Under the pieces are notes generated by a model that made no database searches, was not told where the DNA came from, and was given only the letters and a program-made list of their open reading frames with translations. A stretch of DNA of 64,000 nt from Arcobacteraceae bacterium (GTDB taxonomy: Bacteria > Campylobacterota > Campylobacteria > Campylobacterales > Arcobacteraceae): assembly GCA_965224485.1 (NCBI GenBank), contig CBDCZH010000010.1, positions 32,001-96,000 of the forward strand, given 5' to 3'. Shown here piece by piece: positions 47,436 to 58,533 of this stretch. Position 1 is the stretch's first letter; each line of letters begins with the position of its first letter. The translations under genes were made by a program, and so were the position numbers.

Positions 47436-48671
47436 TTAGTTAATTTTTAAATATGCTAAATCTTTCTCATTTGAAGCAATAACATCTTCTAAGTTTTCTA
47501 TTTTTTTTCTATAGTCTTCAATATAACCTTGCAGGGTTTCAATATTATGTTGAGCATTTATAAGTTTTTCATAAACAAATTTTGTTTTTTTATCAACTTC
47601 AGTTTTTTCTACACTAGCTAGTCTATTAACTTCAGCTAATTTTCTAATAGTAACCTTCGATTGTATAAAATAATCTTGTTCTTTATTTTTTAAATTTCTT
47701 AGAACTGATTCAAGGTGCGAATATTTTACTGATTTTTCTCTTTTTTCTTTTTGTGTTTTTTTAAGCTCAAATTCTAATTCTTGTATAAGTATAGTAAGCT
47801 CAGCAATTTTTATTTTCTCATCTTGTGAAATAATAGATAGTTTTTCTTGAATTTTAATATCTATTTCTTGAGCTGTGTGTAGACTCTTACTTTTTTGTAA
47901 AATAATATATTTTTTTAACTTAGAAATCTTTTCAATATCTTCTGTTACTAAAAACTCAATAGATAAATACTCTCTAATTTGTTTTTTTGAATTAAAGATA
48001 GGAAAAATACTAGCATTTACATAATACTCTTCTTGGTTTTTATTATATTTTTTTAAAATACCACTCCAGTTTTTACCTTTTTCTAAGTGAGCATAAATAT
48101 CTTGATAAAACTTATCACTAGGGTCTTTTTTTGTTAAAAGAGATTCGTTTTTTCCTAAAAGTTCTTCTTTTTTATAGGCAGATGTTTTTATAAACATATC
48201 GTTTACATAAATATACTTGTGAGTTAAATCTAATCTTGTAACAATAGCTACTAAATCTAAATAAGCTGAGAGTATTCTTTTCTCAACATGTTCTATACAT
48301 GAAAAAAATTCTTTAATTAAAAGTTTCTCGTCTGCCTCTTTTTTAAAACAATAAGCTGTTTTTAGATTTACTAATTCAAAAGCACATATGTCGGAATAAT
48401 CACTTGAAATCAAAACTATAGGAATTCTTTGGTTTTTTTGCCTTATTTCTTTAAGTAAACTTAAACTATTTTTATTTAAATCAAATAAAATCAAATCAAT
48501 TGGAGTTGATTTCTCAATGTTATTAAAATATTCTTCAATTATACTAGTATACGTTTTCGTATAAATAACATTTGAAAAAAGTGCATCAAAAGATTTTTTA
48601 TATTTAGTAATAGATTCTATATCTTCACTTATATATATTAAACTCTTTGATTTAAAACTCAATAAATTCAT
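47436..48671 (-). CDS. REC-like + PAS + coiled-coil signalling protein
   Basis: IDLILFD/IPIVLIS; PAS YVNDMF..SAY..EELLGKN...WSG...YYV...IFPI; long heptad C-terminus. Confidence 0.8.
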   Translation of the reverse strand: MNLLSFKSKSLIYISEDIESITKYKKSFDALFSNVIYTKTYTSIIEEYFNNIEKSTPIDLILFDLNKNSLSLLKEIRQKNQRIPIVLISSDYSDICAFELVNLKTAYCFKKEADEKLLIKEFFSCIEHVEKRILSAYLDLVAIVTRLDLTHKYIYVNDMFIKTSAYKKEELLGKNESLLTKKDPSDKFYQDIYAHLEKGKNWSGILKKYNKNQEEYYVNASIFPIFNSKKQIREYLSIEFLVTEDIEKISKLKKYIILQKSKSLHTAQEIDIKIQEKLSIISQDEKIKIAELTILIQELEFELKKTQKEKREKSVKYSHLESVLRNLKNKEQDYFIQSKVTIRKLAEVNRLASVEKTEVDKKTKFVYEKLINAQHNIETLQGYIEDYRKKIENLEDVIASNEKDLAYLKIN

Positions 48672-48798
48672 CTAAGGCCTTTAAAAAATAACAATATAAT
48701 CTTCATATTATATCATAAAATTTATGTTGAAAGATTTAAACATTAGATACATTATGCTATCATTGCTAAATGACAAAACCTACAAATGAATCTAATTA

Positions 48799-50847
48799 AT
48801 GCCTTTAAAAAATCTAAATGACGAGCAGTTAAGTGCTGCTACTTGTACTCAAGGACACAACCTAATCATTGCTAGTGCAGGGACTGGAAAAACATCAACA
48901 ATAGTTGGCCGAATAGGGCATTTAATAAATAACAAGGTAAAACCAGAAGAAATATTACTTTTAACTTTTACTAATAAAGCTGCTTCTGAAATGGTTGAGC
49001 GCGTTGCTAAATATTTTGGAAAAGAAGTTGCTAAATCAATTATGGCAGGAACTTTTCACTCAGTTTCTTATAAACTCTTAAAAAAATTAAATATTGAAAT
49101 TATGTTAAAACAGCCTAATGAATTAAAAACACTATTTAAATCTTTGTACGAGAAAAGAGTTTTTTATCACCGAGATGATGAAACAAATCCTTATGATGGT
49201 GGATATTTATATGATATGTATTCACTTTTTTTAAACTCAACATATAATGAAAGTTTTGATGAATGGATAATTAATAGAAATGAAGGACATGAGTTATATA
49301 CTCCTATATATGAGGATGTAATAAAAGAGTTCAATGAATTAAAGAAAAAATATGGATATGCAAATTTTGATGATTTATTAACAATTATGCTAGAAGCCCA
49401 AGAAAGTAATGATTTTGATTTTAAAGAAATTTTAGTAGATGAGTATCAAGATACTAATCCTTTACAAGGAAGACTTTTAGAAGGTTTTAAACCAAAATCT
49501 TTATTTTGTGTGGGTGATTATGACCAAAGTATTTATGCTTTTAATGGCTCAGATATTGGTATTATTTCTACTTTTGATAAAAGATATGATGATGCGAAGG
49601 TATTTACTTTAAGAAAGAATTACCGTTCAACTAAACCTATTTTGGATTTAGCAACAAAAGTAATTGAACATAATGAAAGAATTTATGCAAAAAACTTAGA
49701 AGTTGTGCGAACCCAAGCAATAGCAAATCCAAAATTATTGTTTTTTAATGAACTTTTTGATCAGTATGAGTATATTTCAAAACTAATATCACAAAGTACA
49801 ACTCCTCATAACGAAATAGCGATTATATTTAGAAACAATGCAAGTGCTGATGGAATTGAAGTAAACTTAAGAGAGTATAAAATACCTGCTAAAAGAAAAG
49901 GTGGGCATAGTTTTTTTGACTCTTTAGAGATAAAATTTATGTTAGATATTATGATTTTACTGTTAAATCATAATGATATGATGGCAGTTATTCATATTTT
50001 AGAGTATGGAAAAGGAATTGGAAAAGCAATTGCAAAAGATATTTTTGATGCTTTAATTAAATTAGGAGACAATGATCTTTTTAATGGTTTGTTTTCTCCT
50101 GATAGTAGTATAAATAATCCTTATTTATCTGCTAAGGTTAAAAATGTACAATTAGGTTTATTTGATGATTTCCTAGAATTAGGTTCGGTTTCAAAATTTA
50201 AAGATTCTGGTTTTGATGAAAAGTTTTTAGGTAATCCTTTATTAAAACATCCTAAGTTATCACGTGAGGGTGGAGAGTTTATTTATGAGTTTTATAAGGT
50301 TTTAAAAGATTTAAGACGGGTTAAAAATCCTAACTCAATAATTGAACATATTGCTAAATCACAGTTGTTTTTAAATTTAAAAGAGACCTTATCAACAAAA
50401 AGAGGTACGCAAAAAGATGGTAGTTTAAATACAGTATTGAAACTATCTTCAAAGTTAAAAATTGAGCAAAAAGTTATTACTTTAAAAACTCTAGCAACAC
50501 ATTATAAAGAGACTCAAAAATTCATTAATGCTATGATTTTAGGTGGAAGTGAAATGAGTGAGGGTGATGGTGTTCATTTATTAACTGTACATGCTTCAAA
50601 AGGTTTAGAGTTTAAAGAAGTATATGTAATTGATTTAATGGATGGAAGATTTCCTAATAGAAAACTTATTGCAAAAGGTGGCTCTATTGAAGAAGAGAGA
50701 CGACTTTTTTATGTAGCTGTTACAAGAGCTAAAGATATTTTATATCTCTCTTATGCTAAATATGACCGAATTAAAAAATTAGATTTTATTCATTCCCAGT
50801 TTTTAAAAGAAGCAGGTTTGATTAAAGATAGCACTTCTAAAGCTTAA
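48799..50847 (+). CDS. UvrD/Rep-family ATP-dependent helicase
   Basis: ASAGTGKT, LTFTNKAA, GTFHS, VDEYQD, VGDYDQSIY, NYRS, TVHASKGLEF, EERRLFYVAVTRAK. Confidence 0.95.
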   Translation: MPLKNLNDEQLSAATCTQGHNLIIASAGTGKTSTIVGRIGHLINNKVKPEEILLLTFTNKAASEMVERVAKYFGKEVAKSIMAGTFHSVSYKLLKKLNIEIMLKQPNELKTLFKSLYEKRVFYHRDDETNPYDGGYLYDMYSLFLNSTYNESFDEWIINRNEGHELYTPIYEDVIKEFNELKKKYGYANFDDLLTIMLEAQESNDFDFKEILVDEYQDTNPLQGRLLEGFKPKSLFCVGDYDQSIYAFNGSDIGIISTFDKRYDDAKVFTLRKNYRSTKPILDLATKVIEHNERIYAKNLEVVRTQAIANPKLLFFNELFDQYEYISKLISQSTTPHNEIAIIFRNNASADGIEVNLREYKIPAKRKGGHSFFDSLEIKFMLDIMILLLNHNDMMAVIHILEYGKGIGKAIAKDIFDALIKLGDNDLFNGLFSPDSSINNPYLSAKVKNVQLGLFDDFLELGSVSKFKDSGFDEKFLGNPLLKHPKLSREGGEFIYEFYKVLKDLRRVKNPNSIIEHIAKSQLFLNLKETLSTKRGTQKDGSLNTVLKLSSKLKIEQKVITLKTLATHYKETQKFINAMILGGSEMSEGDGVHLLTVHASKGLEFKEVYVIDLMDGRFPNRKLIAKGGSIEEERRLFYVAVTRAKDILYLSYAKYDRIKKLDFIHSQFLKEAGLIKDSTSKA

Positions 50848-50954
50848 AGAAGGAAGATAAATAATATTTATCAAAGCTGCTATCTTCCTTGCAATAAAAT
50901 CATAATCTCTTTTTAGCTATAATCGCGAATAATAATGATTACATAGGATAATTA

Positions 50955-53651
50955 ATGAGCGAAAAATATGAACCATCAAAAATAGAAGATAAGTACTATA
51001 AAATCTGGGAAGATAGAGGTTATTTTGAAATTGAAGGTAATAAATCAATTCAAGAAAAAACCAAAAGTGGAAAAGCAAAAACTTTTAGCATAATGATGCC
51101 ACCACCAAATGTAACAGGATCTTTACATATAGGTCATGCTTTAACATTTACACTTCAAGATATAATAACTAGATATAAAAGAATGGATGGTTATAAAACT
51201 TTATGGCAACCAGGAACTGACCATGCTGGAATTGCTACTCAAAATATTGTAGAAAAACAATTACTTGCAGAAGGAACTAGTAAAGATGAACTAGGACGTG
51301 AGGGTTTTTTAAAACGTGCATGGAAGCAAAAAGAAGTAAGTGGCGGAAATATTGTTCACCAAATGAGAAAATTAGGAGTTACTCCTGCTTGGAAGCGTGA
51401 GCGATTTACTATGGATGAGGGTTTAAAAGAAGCTGTTAAAGAAGCTTTTGTATCTTTATACAACGAAGGTCAAATTTCTCAAAATACTTATATGGTTAAC
51501 TGGTGTACACATGATGGAGCTTTGAGTGATATTGAAGTTGAACATGAAGAAGTTGCTGGTAAATTTTATACTATGGTTTATAAGTTTGCAGATGGTAGCG
51601 GTGAAATTGAAGTAGCAACAACTAGACCTGAAACGTATTTTGGTGATAGTGCAATTATGGTTCATCCAGATGATTCAAGATTTACTTCTATTGTGGGTAA
51701 AGAAGTATTATTACCACTTACAAATAGAAAAATTAAGATTATTACTGATTCTCATGTTGATATGGAATTTGGAACTGGTTTAGTTAAAGTTACACCCGCT
51801 CATGATCAAAACGATTATGAAGTAGGGAAGAGACATGATTTAGAATTTATTACAGTTTTTGATGAAAAAGGTATTTTAAATGATTATGCTGGTGAATTTG
51901 CAGGTTTAGAGCGACTTGAAGCTAGAGAAATAATTGTAAAAAAACTTCAAACTGAAGGTTATATTACTAAAATCGAAGATCATGTTCATCAAGTAGGGCA
52001 TTGTTATAGATGTAAAAATATTGTTGAACCTTTTATTTCTCAACAATGGTTCTTAAGCAATGAAATGGCACAAAATTCAATTGATAAAACAAAGAGTGAA
52101 ACAAAAGATAGAAAAAAAGATAACTCTTCTTTATTTCACCCAGCTCATTGGATTAATTCATATACTGCGTGGATGGATGAGTTAAGACCTTGGTGTATAT
52201 CAAGACAGTTATGGTGGGGTCATAGAATTCCTGTATTTACTTGTAATGATGAAAAATGTAATCATCAATGGGCTGATAAAGCTGATGAGCCAGAAGCTTG
52301 TCCTAAATGTTCTTCTACGAACTATACTCAAGATCCAGATGTTTTAGATACTTGGTTCTCATCTGCCCTGTGGGCTATGTCACCATTGGGTTGGGGAAAC
52401 AAAGGTAAATTAGAAGATTTATATAATGCCCAAGATGAAGAAGACTTCTATCCAAACTCCTTACTTATTACTGGTTTTGATATTATGTTTTTCTGGGTAG
52501 CTAGAATGATGATGATGGGTGAACACTTTAAAAAAGAGTTACCATTTAAAGATATTTATATGCATGCTTTAGTTCGAGATGAAAGTGGTGCTAAAATGTC
52601 TAAATCAAAAGGTAATGTAATTGATCCTTTAGATATGGTAAGTGAATTCTCAGCTGATATTGTTAGATTCTCTTTATGTTATTTAGCAGTTCAAGGTAGA
52701 GATATTAAATTAGGTAAAAAACACCTAGACTTATATAGAAACTTTACTAATAAATTCTATAATGCAGCTAATTTCTTTATTATGAATTTAGAGAATTTAA
52801 ATGAAGCTAATGGTACAAACTTACCAATTGTATTCTCTGATTTAAAAGATGTGGAAATTAAAACAGCCTTAGGTAAATATATGCTTTCTAAATTAGCAAG
52901 AGCTACACAAGAAGTAAGAGTAAATTTAGATACTTATAAATTTAATGAAGCAGCCGCTTCTTTATATAGATTTATTTGGAATGAATTTTGTGATTGGGGA
53001 ATTGAGTACTCAAAAGCTTCAAAAGATTCATTGTTCGAGCTTGCTGCTATTTTCAAAGAAGCATTAAAACTTAGTTCACCATTTATGCCATTTATTTCTG
53101 AGTATTTATACCAAAAATTATCAGGAACTTCATTAGAAGATAGTGAATCAATTATGGTTATGAATTTCCCAAGAGATTTAAAAGAAGATAAAGAAGTTGA
53201 AGCAATTTTCGCAATTATTGAAGAAGCTATTACTTCTGTTAGAAGAGCAAAAGTAATTATTGATATGGGAAATAGTAAAATAGCTAAAGCATATATTAAA
53301 CTTGATGTTAATATTGATAAAGAGGTGGCACGTCCATTTATTGAAAAACTAGCTAAAGTTGAACGAATTGAATTTGTTGACTCTAAAGTTGAAAACTCAA
53401 TTACTGATGTATCTAGCAATGTTGAAGTATATTTACCAACTTCTGAAATTGATATGAGTCCTATTATTGATAAACTTAATAAGCAAAGCCTTAAAGTTCA
53501 AAAAGAGTTTGATAAATTAACTAATATGTTAGGAAATGAAAGATTTGTAGCAAATGCACCTGCTGAGGTTATACTTGCTAATAAAAAAGCCTTAGAAGAA
53601 GCTAGCAATAAATTAGAAAAAATTAAAAATGAATTAAGCTTAATTTCTTAA
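50955..53651 (+). CDS. valS: Valine--tRNA ligase
   Basis: PPPNVTGSLHIGH, GTDHAGIATQ, WCISRQLWWGH, KMSKS, FVANAP coiled coil. Confidence 0.98.
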   Translation: MSEKYEPSKIEDKYYKIWEDRGYFEIEGNKSIQEKTKSGKAKTFSIMMPPPNVTGSLHIGHALTFTLQDIITRYKRMDGYKTLWQPGTDHAGIATQNIVEKQLLAEGTSKDELGREGFLKRAWKQKEVSGGNIVHQMRKLGVTPAWKRERFTMDEGLKEAVKEAFVSLYNEGQISQNTYMVNWCTHDGALSDIEVEHEEVAGKFYTMVYKFADGSGEIEVATTRPETYFGDSAIMVHPDDSRFTSIVGKEVLLPLTNRKIKIITDSHVDMEFGTGLVKVTPAHDQNDYEVGKRHDLEFITVFDEKGILNDYAGEFAGLERLEAREIIVKKLQTEGYITKIEDHVHQVGHCYRCKNIVEPFISQQWFLSNEMAQNSIDKTKSETKDRKKDNSSLFHPAHWINSYTAWMDELRPWCISRQLWWGHRIPVFTCNDEKCNHQWADKADEPEACPKCSSTNYTQDPDVLDTWFSSALWAMSPLGWGNKGKLEDLYNAQDEEDFYPNSLLITGFDIMFFWVARMMMMGEHFKKELPFKDIYMHALVRDESGAKMSKSKGNVIDPLDMVSEFSADIVRFSLCYLAVQGRDIKLGKKHLDLYRNFTNKFYNAANFFIMNLENLNEANGTNLPIVFSDLKDVEIKTALGKYMLSKLARATQEVRVNLDTYKFNEAAASLYRFIWNEFCDWGIEYSKASKDSLFELAAIFKEALKLSSPFMPFISEYLYQKLSGTSLEDSESIMVMNFPRDLKEDKEVEAIFAIIEEAITSVRRAKVIIDMGNSKIAKAYIKLDVNIDKEVARPFIEKLAKVERIEFVDSKVENSITDVSSNVEVYLPTSEIDMSPIIDKLNKQSLKVQKEFDKLTNMLGNERFVANAPAEVILANKKALEEASNKLEKIKNELSLIS

Positions 53652-53667
53652 TTTTATAATTACTTAT

Positions 53668-53697
53668 AAGTTCATTTCTTTTAAAAGAGATGAACTT
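53668..53697 (+). terminator. Terminator after valS
   Basis: AAGTTCATTTCTTT-TA-AAAGAGATGAACTT followed by TATTTT. Confidence 0.7.
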
Positions 53698-53793
53698 TAT
53701 TTTGCCTTTTATCACATTAAAATCAATATCAAAATTATTTTATTTTAACTTTAAAATAGATAAGATACTCCTAGAAATAATTAAGGATTTAAT

Positions 53794-54534
53794 ATTAATA
53801 TAACTAACAATCTTGAAACTAGTACTTATACGAATAATGATTCAAAAGTTACTGAAAGAAAAAAAACACAAGAAAGTAGTTTTGAAATACTCTTAAAAGA
53901 AGAAAATATTACTGAAGAAAGCAAAAAAAGAAGTATAAATTATTTTTTAGATAAACATGATGTTTATTCTTCTTTAGGAATATCAAAAAAAGATGAAATA
54001 TTATATAAAGAGATTCTAAAAGATGGTATTTTAACTGTAAATGAATTAAAATCTCTTCCATATGAAAAAGTTAAAAACTTGCATCATTTGGTATTTCCAA
54101 TTTCTTTGCCTGAAGAAACACTTGGCGAAATGCCTCTTTTCAAATCAGATAACTTCTCCCAAGTACTGGATATGATGTTTACAATAACAATGACACCAAA
54201 TGTAAACTTTAATCAATCACTTTTTGATACCTTAGGAAATATAGAGTCCAAAGATGTTAGACAATCTCTTATAGGTTCATTTAATAAAATTGATTCTAAT
54301 ATGCTAAGAGTAAAAGTTGATCCTATTACTAAAGTAGTTTCAAAAATAGATATTGACTATACTTTTATTGATTATGATTTATTGCTTGAAAATATTATTA
54401 AAAATAGTTTAGCTTATATTAATGACATTTTAACTTCCCCAAAAGATAAAATTAAAGCTAAAGCAGTACATGAAGAATATATAAATTTTTATAATAACTA
54501 TAATAATATGATAAAAGAATCTATTACTACTTAA
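53794..54534 (+). CDS. Hypothetical protein, 246 aa if initiated at ATT
   Basis: Frame is stop-free from TAA 53782; AAGGA (53783-53787) lies 6 nt before ATT 53794; first ATG/GTG/TTG is 95 codons later at 54079. Confidence 0.6.
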   Translation: MNITNNLETSTYTNNDSKVTERKKTQESSFEILLKEENITEESKKRSINYFLDKHDVYSSLGISKKDEILYKEILKDGILTVNELKSLPYEKVKNLHHLVFPISLPEETLGEMPLFKSDNFSQVLDMMFTITMTPNVNFNQSLFDTLGNIESKDVRQSLIGSFNKIDSNMLRVKVDPITKVVSKIDIDYTFIDYDLLLENIIKNSLAYINDILTSPKDKIKAKAVHEEYINFYNNYNNMIKESITT

Positions 54535-54579
54535 GTGACTTATTAGTAGTATATTAAAAAAAGAGTAAGAAGGATTAAG

Positions 54580-55350
54580 ATGAGGTCAATTTTTTTATTT
54601 ATAAGTACAGTTTCTTTGATGTTTTTATTTACAGCTTGTTTACCAAAACAAAATGAAGTAGAAAGTTTTTTTCAAAGTGATTCTGCTTCTAATATTAAAA
54701 ATAATTATAAAGATTCAGTAAAACTTCTTTTATCTTTAAAAAGTAAACTTGATAAAAGAAATCCCAGTGCATTTAACAAGAATATAGAAAATAAAATATA
54801 TACAAGTATAAATAACTTAGATAAAAACACGAAGTTAAAGTTTAATAATAAAGATTTAACTACTTACAAAGAGTACCTACAATTAGCTTTTTCTAAAAGT
54901 AAAATAGAAAATAGAAATGATTATTTGATTTTAGGTTTATATTATTTGATATATGATTTATATGAAATAAAAGATGGACATCAGATTACTTCTTATGCTT
55001 ATGATAGTTCAAAAATAAAAAAAATATATTATAACCTTCAAGTAATAAAATGGAAAATAAAAACTGCAAAAGATTTAGACTCAAACTACTTATTTTTAAC
55101 TTGGCAAAATAATTGGCAAGTTCAATTAGCTAAAAAGTTAAAAGCTGGTGCAAAATTAGAAGATATAGAGTTAAATAACTTAGAATATATAAAAAATAAA
55201 AAAGAAACACTTCTTTCTTATTCAAATTTTTCTTATGAAGTTGTATTAACTCAAATGCTTGATAGAACTAAACATTCTTTAGAAATTTTAAATGTAAGTA
55301 TTAGTGAAATGAGTTTAGATGCTATAAAAGCAGTTTTCTTATTTTTATAA
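54580..55350 (+). CDS. Hypothetical lipoprotein
   Basis: Signal peptide with lipobox FTAC; AAGGA RBS. Confidence 0.75.
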   Translation: MRSIFLFISTVSLMFLFTACLPKQNEVESFFQSDSASNIKNNYKDSVKLLLSLKSKLDKRNPSAFNKNIENKIYTSINNLDKNTKLKFNNKDLTTYKEYLQLAFSKSKIENRNDYLILGLYYLIYDLYEIKDGHQITSYAYDSSKIKKIYYNLQVIKWKIKTAKDLDSNYLFLTWQNNWQVQLAKKLKAGAKLEDIELNNLEYIKNKKETLLSYSNFSYEVVLTQMLDRTKHSLEILNVSISEMSLDAIKAVFLFL

Positions 55351-55352
55351 GT

Positions 55353-55377
55353 TAAGTGCTTTTTTTAAAAGCACTTA
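55353..55377. terminator. Hairpin between convergent genes, probable bidirectional terminator
   Basis: TAAGTGCTTTT-TTT-AAAAGCACTTA. Confidence 0.65.
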
Positions 55378-58300
55378 TTTTAAGTTATTTGAAAAAGAGT
55401 ATAAAACTGGAATATAAATAAGATTTAAAACTGTTCCCCAAGCAAGTCCAAAACCAATAGCAATTGCCATTGGTTGAAAGATTACAGCTTCTGCTGTTGG
55501 GAAGAAGATAAGTGAAGATAAACCAACTATTGTAGTTATTGTTGTTAAAATAATTGGTCTAAATCTTTTTGCAGAATATTTAAATACATCTTCAATATTT
55601 TTAGACTTCTTTAAAAAAGTCATCATAATAATTCCATCGTTTATTACAATACCAGATAAACCTAAGGCTCCAACAATTCCTGGCATAGTTAGATTTAAAT
55701 CCATTAGAAAATGACCTAGTAAAACACCTAAGAAAGAAAAAGGGATTACTGACATTACTATAAAGGTATTTTTAAAAGAGTTAAATAAATACAATAAACA
55801 AAGCATTATTAGAACTAAAGCAATAGCAGTTGCACTTAACATATCTGTTTTAAGAGCTTCTTTTTTCTCTTCTTCACCTTTAAACAATAAAGTAATATTA
55901 TCTTTTTTTGCATCATCTAAAAGTGGCTGTATTATTTTTATTATCTCACTAGAAGTTATAATTTTTGTATCAGTATTTGCAGATAAGAAAAAGTTAACTA
56001 CTCCTTCATCTTTTGTAAGTTTTTCAAAAGATTTAATTATTCTGAACTCTACTACTTCTTTTAATCTAACTAAACTTCCATTATTTAAAGGAATTTCAAG
56101 ATTTTTAAAATTATTTAAATCATCTTTATTAGAAGATTGTATTTTAATATCTAACATTCCTTGTTCATCAAAAGATCTAGCTTTTTTCTTTTCCATATAA
56201 AGATTTGATAAAAAACTTCCAATATAAGCTTCACTTAAACCAAGACTTTCACCATATTTATTAACTTTTATTTTAATTTCGTCAATACCAAAATTAGCAC
56301 TATGTGAAACACTTTTTATTCCTTTAATGCTTTTAAGTTTATTTTCTACTAAAATAATATGTTCTAAAGCTTTATAATAATCTTTTGATGAAAAACCAAT
56401 TTTTATATCAGATTTAACTGGTCCTACTTTTTTTTCTCTCATTGCTATTTCAAGTAGATTGTACTTTTTCTTATAATTTTTATTTTTTAACCAAATACTT
56501 AGTTCTTTTGATATTTCAAAAGACTTTTTGTCTCTGATTCTTCCTTCTTTTTCATAATAAAAACTTAAATTTGGAGTGATATACTTATCTATAAAATTAC
56601 TAGCTTTTACCTTATGTAATTCTAGAGTTATATACATAGAATAAGGATAACTTTCTGAATTTCCACCTGTATCTACTCTACTTCCTGCAACAGAAGAAAT
56701 AGTTTTAATAAAAAATCTATCTTTTTCTTTAAATAAATCACGCTCAATTTCTTGAACAATACGAAAAGAGTCTTCAATAGAAGTACTACTATTTGCTTTC
56801 ATTGTAATATTTAATTTTGATGAATCAAATCTTGGAAACATTTGAAATCTTGAAGCTTGTAAGCATAAAATAATTAATATTGGAACTAAAACTATAAAAA
56901 TTGTTAAAAAACTTTTTTTCCATCTCATACAAAAATGGATTACTTCACTATAAATATTATTAACCTTATCCCATGATAAAACCTTATCACTAGCTTTTAA
57001 TGTATGAGCTGCATGAATTGGTAAGAATAAAAATGATTCAATTAAAGAAGCAATTATTAAAGCAGAAAAAGCAATAGGAATTAGTTTCATAACTTCTCCC
57101 ATAGTTCCACTAATCATCAAAATAGGAGCAAAAGATATCAAAGTAGTAATTGAGGCTATAATAACTGGTTTAGCCATCTCTTTGGCTCCTAGAATAGCTG
57201 CATCTTTTGGATTCATTCCTTCTTCTATATGTTGTTGTATATTTTCTGAAACAACAATAGCATCATCTACAACAATACCTAAAGCCAATAAAACACCAAC
57301 AAGAGATATCATATTTATTGTATAACCAAAGGCATAAAAATAAATAGCTCCCATAACAAAAGAAGTAGGAATACCAATAGCAATTACTAAAGCCATTCTT
57401 TTATTAATTAAAAGTGTAACTAATAAAGTTATTAAAATAAGACCTAATAATATATTTGAGATTACTATATTTAATCTATCTTTGATTCTTATAGAATTAT
57501 CATCTCGTAAAATAAGTGTAACGTTTTTATATTTTTTTTGTAATTTACTTATTAAGAGATTAACTTCTTTTGATATAACAATAGCAGAACCCTTGTCATT
57601 CATCTTAATTCGTAAATTTAGAGCACTTTTTCCATCAATTGAAAAAAGTGTTGAACTTTTTGCATATTTTTTATCTATTGTAGCAATGTCTTTTAAGTAA
57701 AAACTTTGATTTTTTATAGTGATTAACGAATTTTTAAACTCTTCTTTTGTTTTAGCACCATTATAGGTTGATAAAAAAAAGTGTTTTTCTCCTTCTATTT
57801 TTCCTAAAGGAAAGATATAAGACAAGTTTGAAATACTTGCATAAACTTCATTTTTAGATATACCATATGCTTGTACTTTCTTTTCATCAATAAGTACTTC
57901 ATAAAATTTATTAGAATCTCCAAATATTGAGACCTCTGAAATATTACTAAGATCTAAAATTGAATCTTTTACATCATTTGCTAAATCTTTTAAGTCTTTA
58001 CTGTTTAAAGTATTGCTTAAAATTGAGAGTTCAATTAAATCTCTTTTAATTTCTATAACATTAACAGAAGGTTCATCCATATCAGATGGCAAGTCTGCTT
58101 TTATTAAAGAAACGGCATCTTTTATTTTATTTGCTAAATTATATCTGTTTTGATTTTTTTCAAGTTCTAAAATAATTACAAATGAACTTGGACTTATAAT
58201 TGATGAAATTGTATCAATACCATCAATGTTTTTGATATTATCTTCTATTTCATTTACAGCCATTTTATTTAATAAATCAACACTAGCCCCTACGTAAGAG

Positions 58301-58452
58301 CCTTTTATTGAAATCATATCCAAATCAAAATTTGGAAATATCTCTTTTGGAAGTTTTACATAAGAATATATTCCAAGAGCGAATATTAAACAAAACAATG
58401 CATAATTCATTTTAGAATTATCAATAAAGAATTTTATTATATTATTAAACAT
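55375..58452 (-). CDS. RND (AcrB/AcrD/AcrF-family) efflux permease
   Basis: 1025 aa; PKEIFP, LGIVVDDAIVVSENI, GIVINDGI, RFRPIILTT, PMA. Confidence 0.93.
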   Translation of the reverse strand: MFNNIIKFFIDNSKMNYALFCLIFALGIYSYVKLPKEIFPNFDLDMISIKGSYVGASVDLLNKMAVNEIEDNIKNIDGIDTISSIISPSSFVIILELEKNQNRYNLANKIKDAVSLIKADLPSDMDEPSVNVIEIKRDLIELSILSNTLNSKDLKDLANDVKDSILDLSNISEVSIFGDSNKFYEVLIDEKKVQAYGISKNEVYASISNLSYIFPLGKIEGEKHFFLSTYNGAKTKEEFKNSLITIKNQSFYLKDIATIDKKYAKSSTLFSIDGKSALNLRIKMNDKGSAIVISKEVNLLISKLQKKYKNVTLILRDDNSIRIKDRLNIVISNILLGLILITLLVTLLINKRMALVIAIGIPTSFVMGAIYFYAFGYTINMISLVGVLLALGIVVDDAIVVSENIQQHIEEGMNPKDAAILGAKEMAKPVIIASITTLISFAPILMISGTMGEVMKLIPIAFSALIIASLIESFLFLPIHAAHTLKASDKVLSWDKVNNIYSEVIHFCMRWKKSFLTIFIVLVPILIILCLQASRFQMFPRFDSSKLNITMKANSSTSIEDSFRIVQEIERDLFKEKDRFFIKTISSVAGSRVDTGGNSESYPYSMYITLELHKVKASNFIDKYITPNLSFYYEKEGRIRDKKSFEISKELSIWLKNKNYKKKYNLLEIAMREKKVGPVKSDIKIGFSSKDYYKALEHIILVENKLKSIKGIKSVSHSANFGIDEIKIKVNKYGESLGLSEAYIGSFLSNLYMEKKKARSFDEQGMLDIKIQSSNKDDLNNFKNLEIPLNNGSLVRLKEVVEFRIIKSFEKLTKDEGVVNFFLSANTDTKIITSSEIIKIIQPLLDDAKKDNITLLFKGEEEKKEALKTDMLSATAIALVLIMLCLLYLFNSFKNTFIVMSVIPFSFLGVLLGHFLMDLNLTMPGIVGALGLSGIVINDGIIMMTFLKKSKNIEDVFKYSAKRFRPIILTTITTIVGLSSLIFFPTAEAVIFQPMAIAIGFGLAWGTVLNLIYIPVLYSFSNNLK

Positions 58453-58533
58453 TTATTAGCCTATAAGTTGATTAACAATTATAATTAATTATTATTAATA
58501 AAGTATTAACAAATACTAAAACAGAGCTTATAT

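Noticed and set aside
50850..50890. AAGGAAGATA...TATCTTCCTT inverted repeat after the helicase
   Set aside because: Large loop and no U-tract; cannot be called a terminator or ncRNA with confidence
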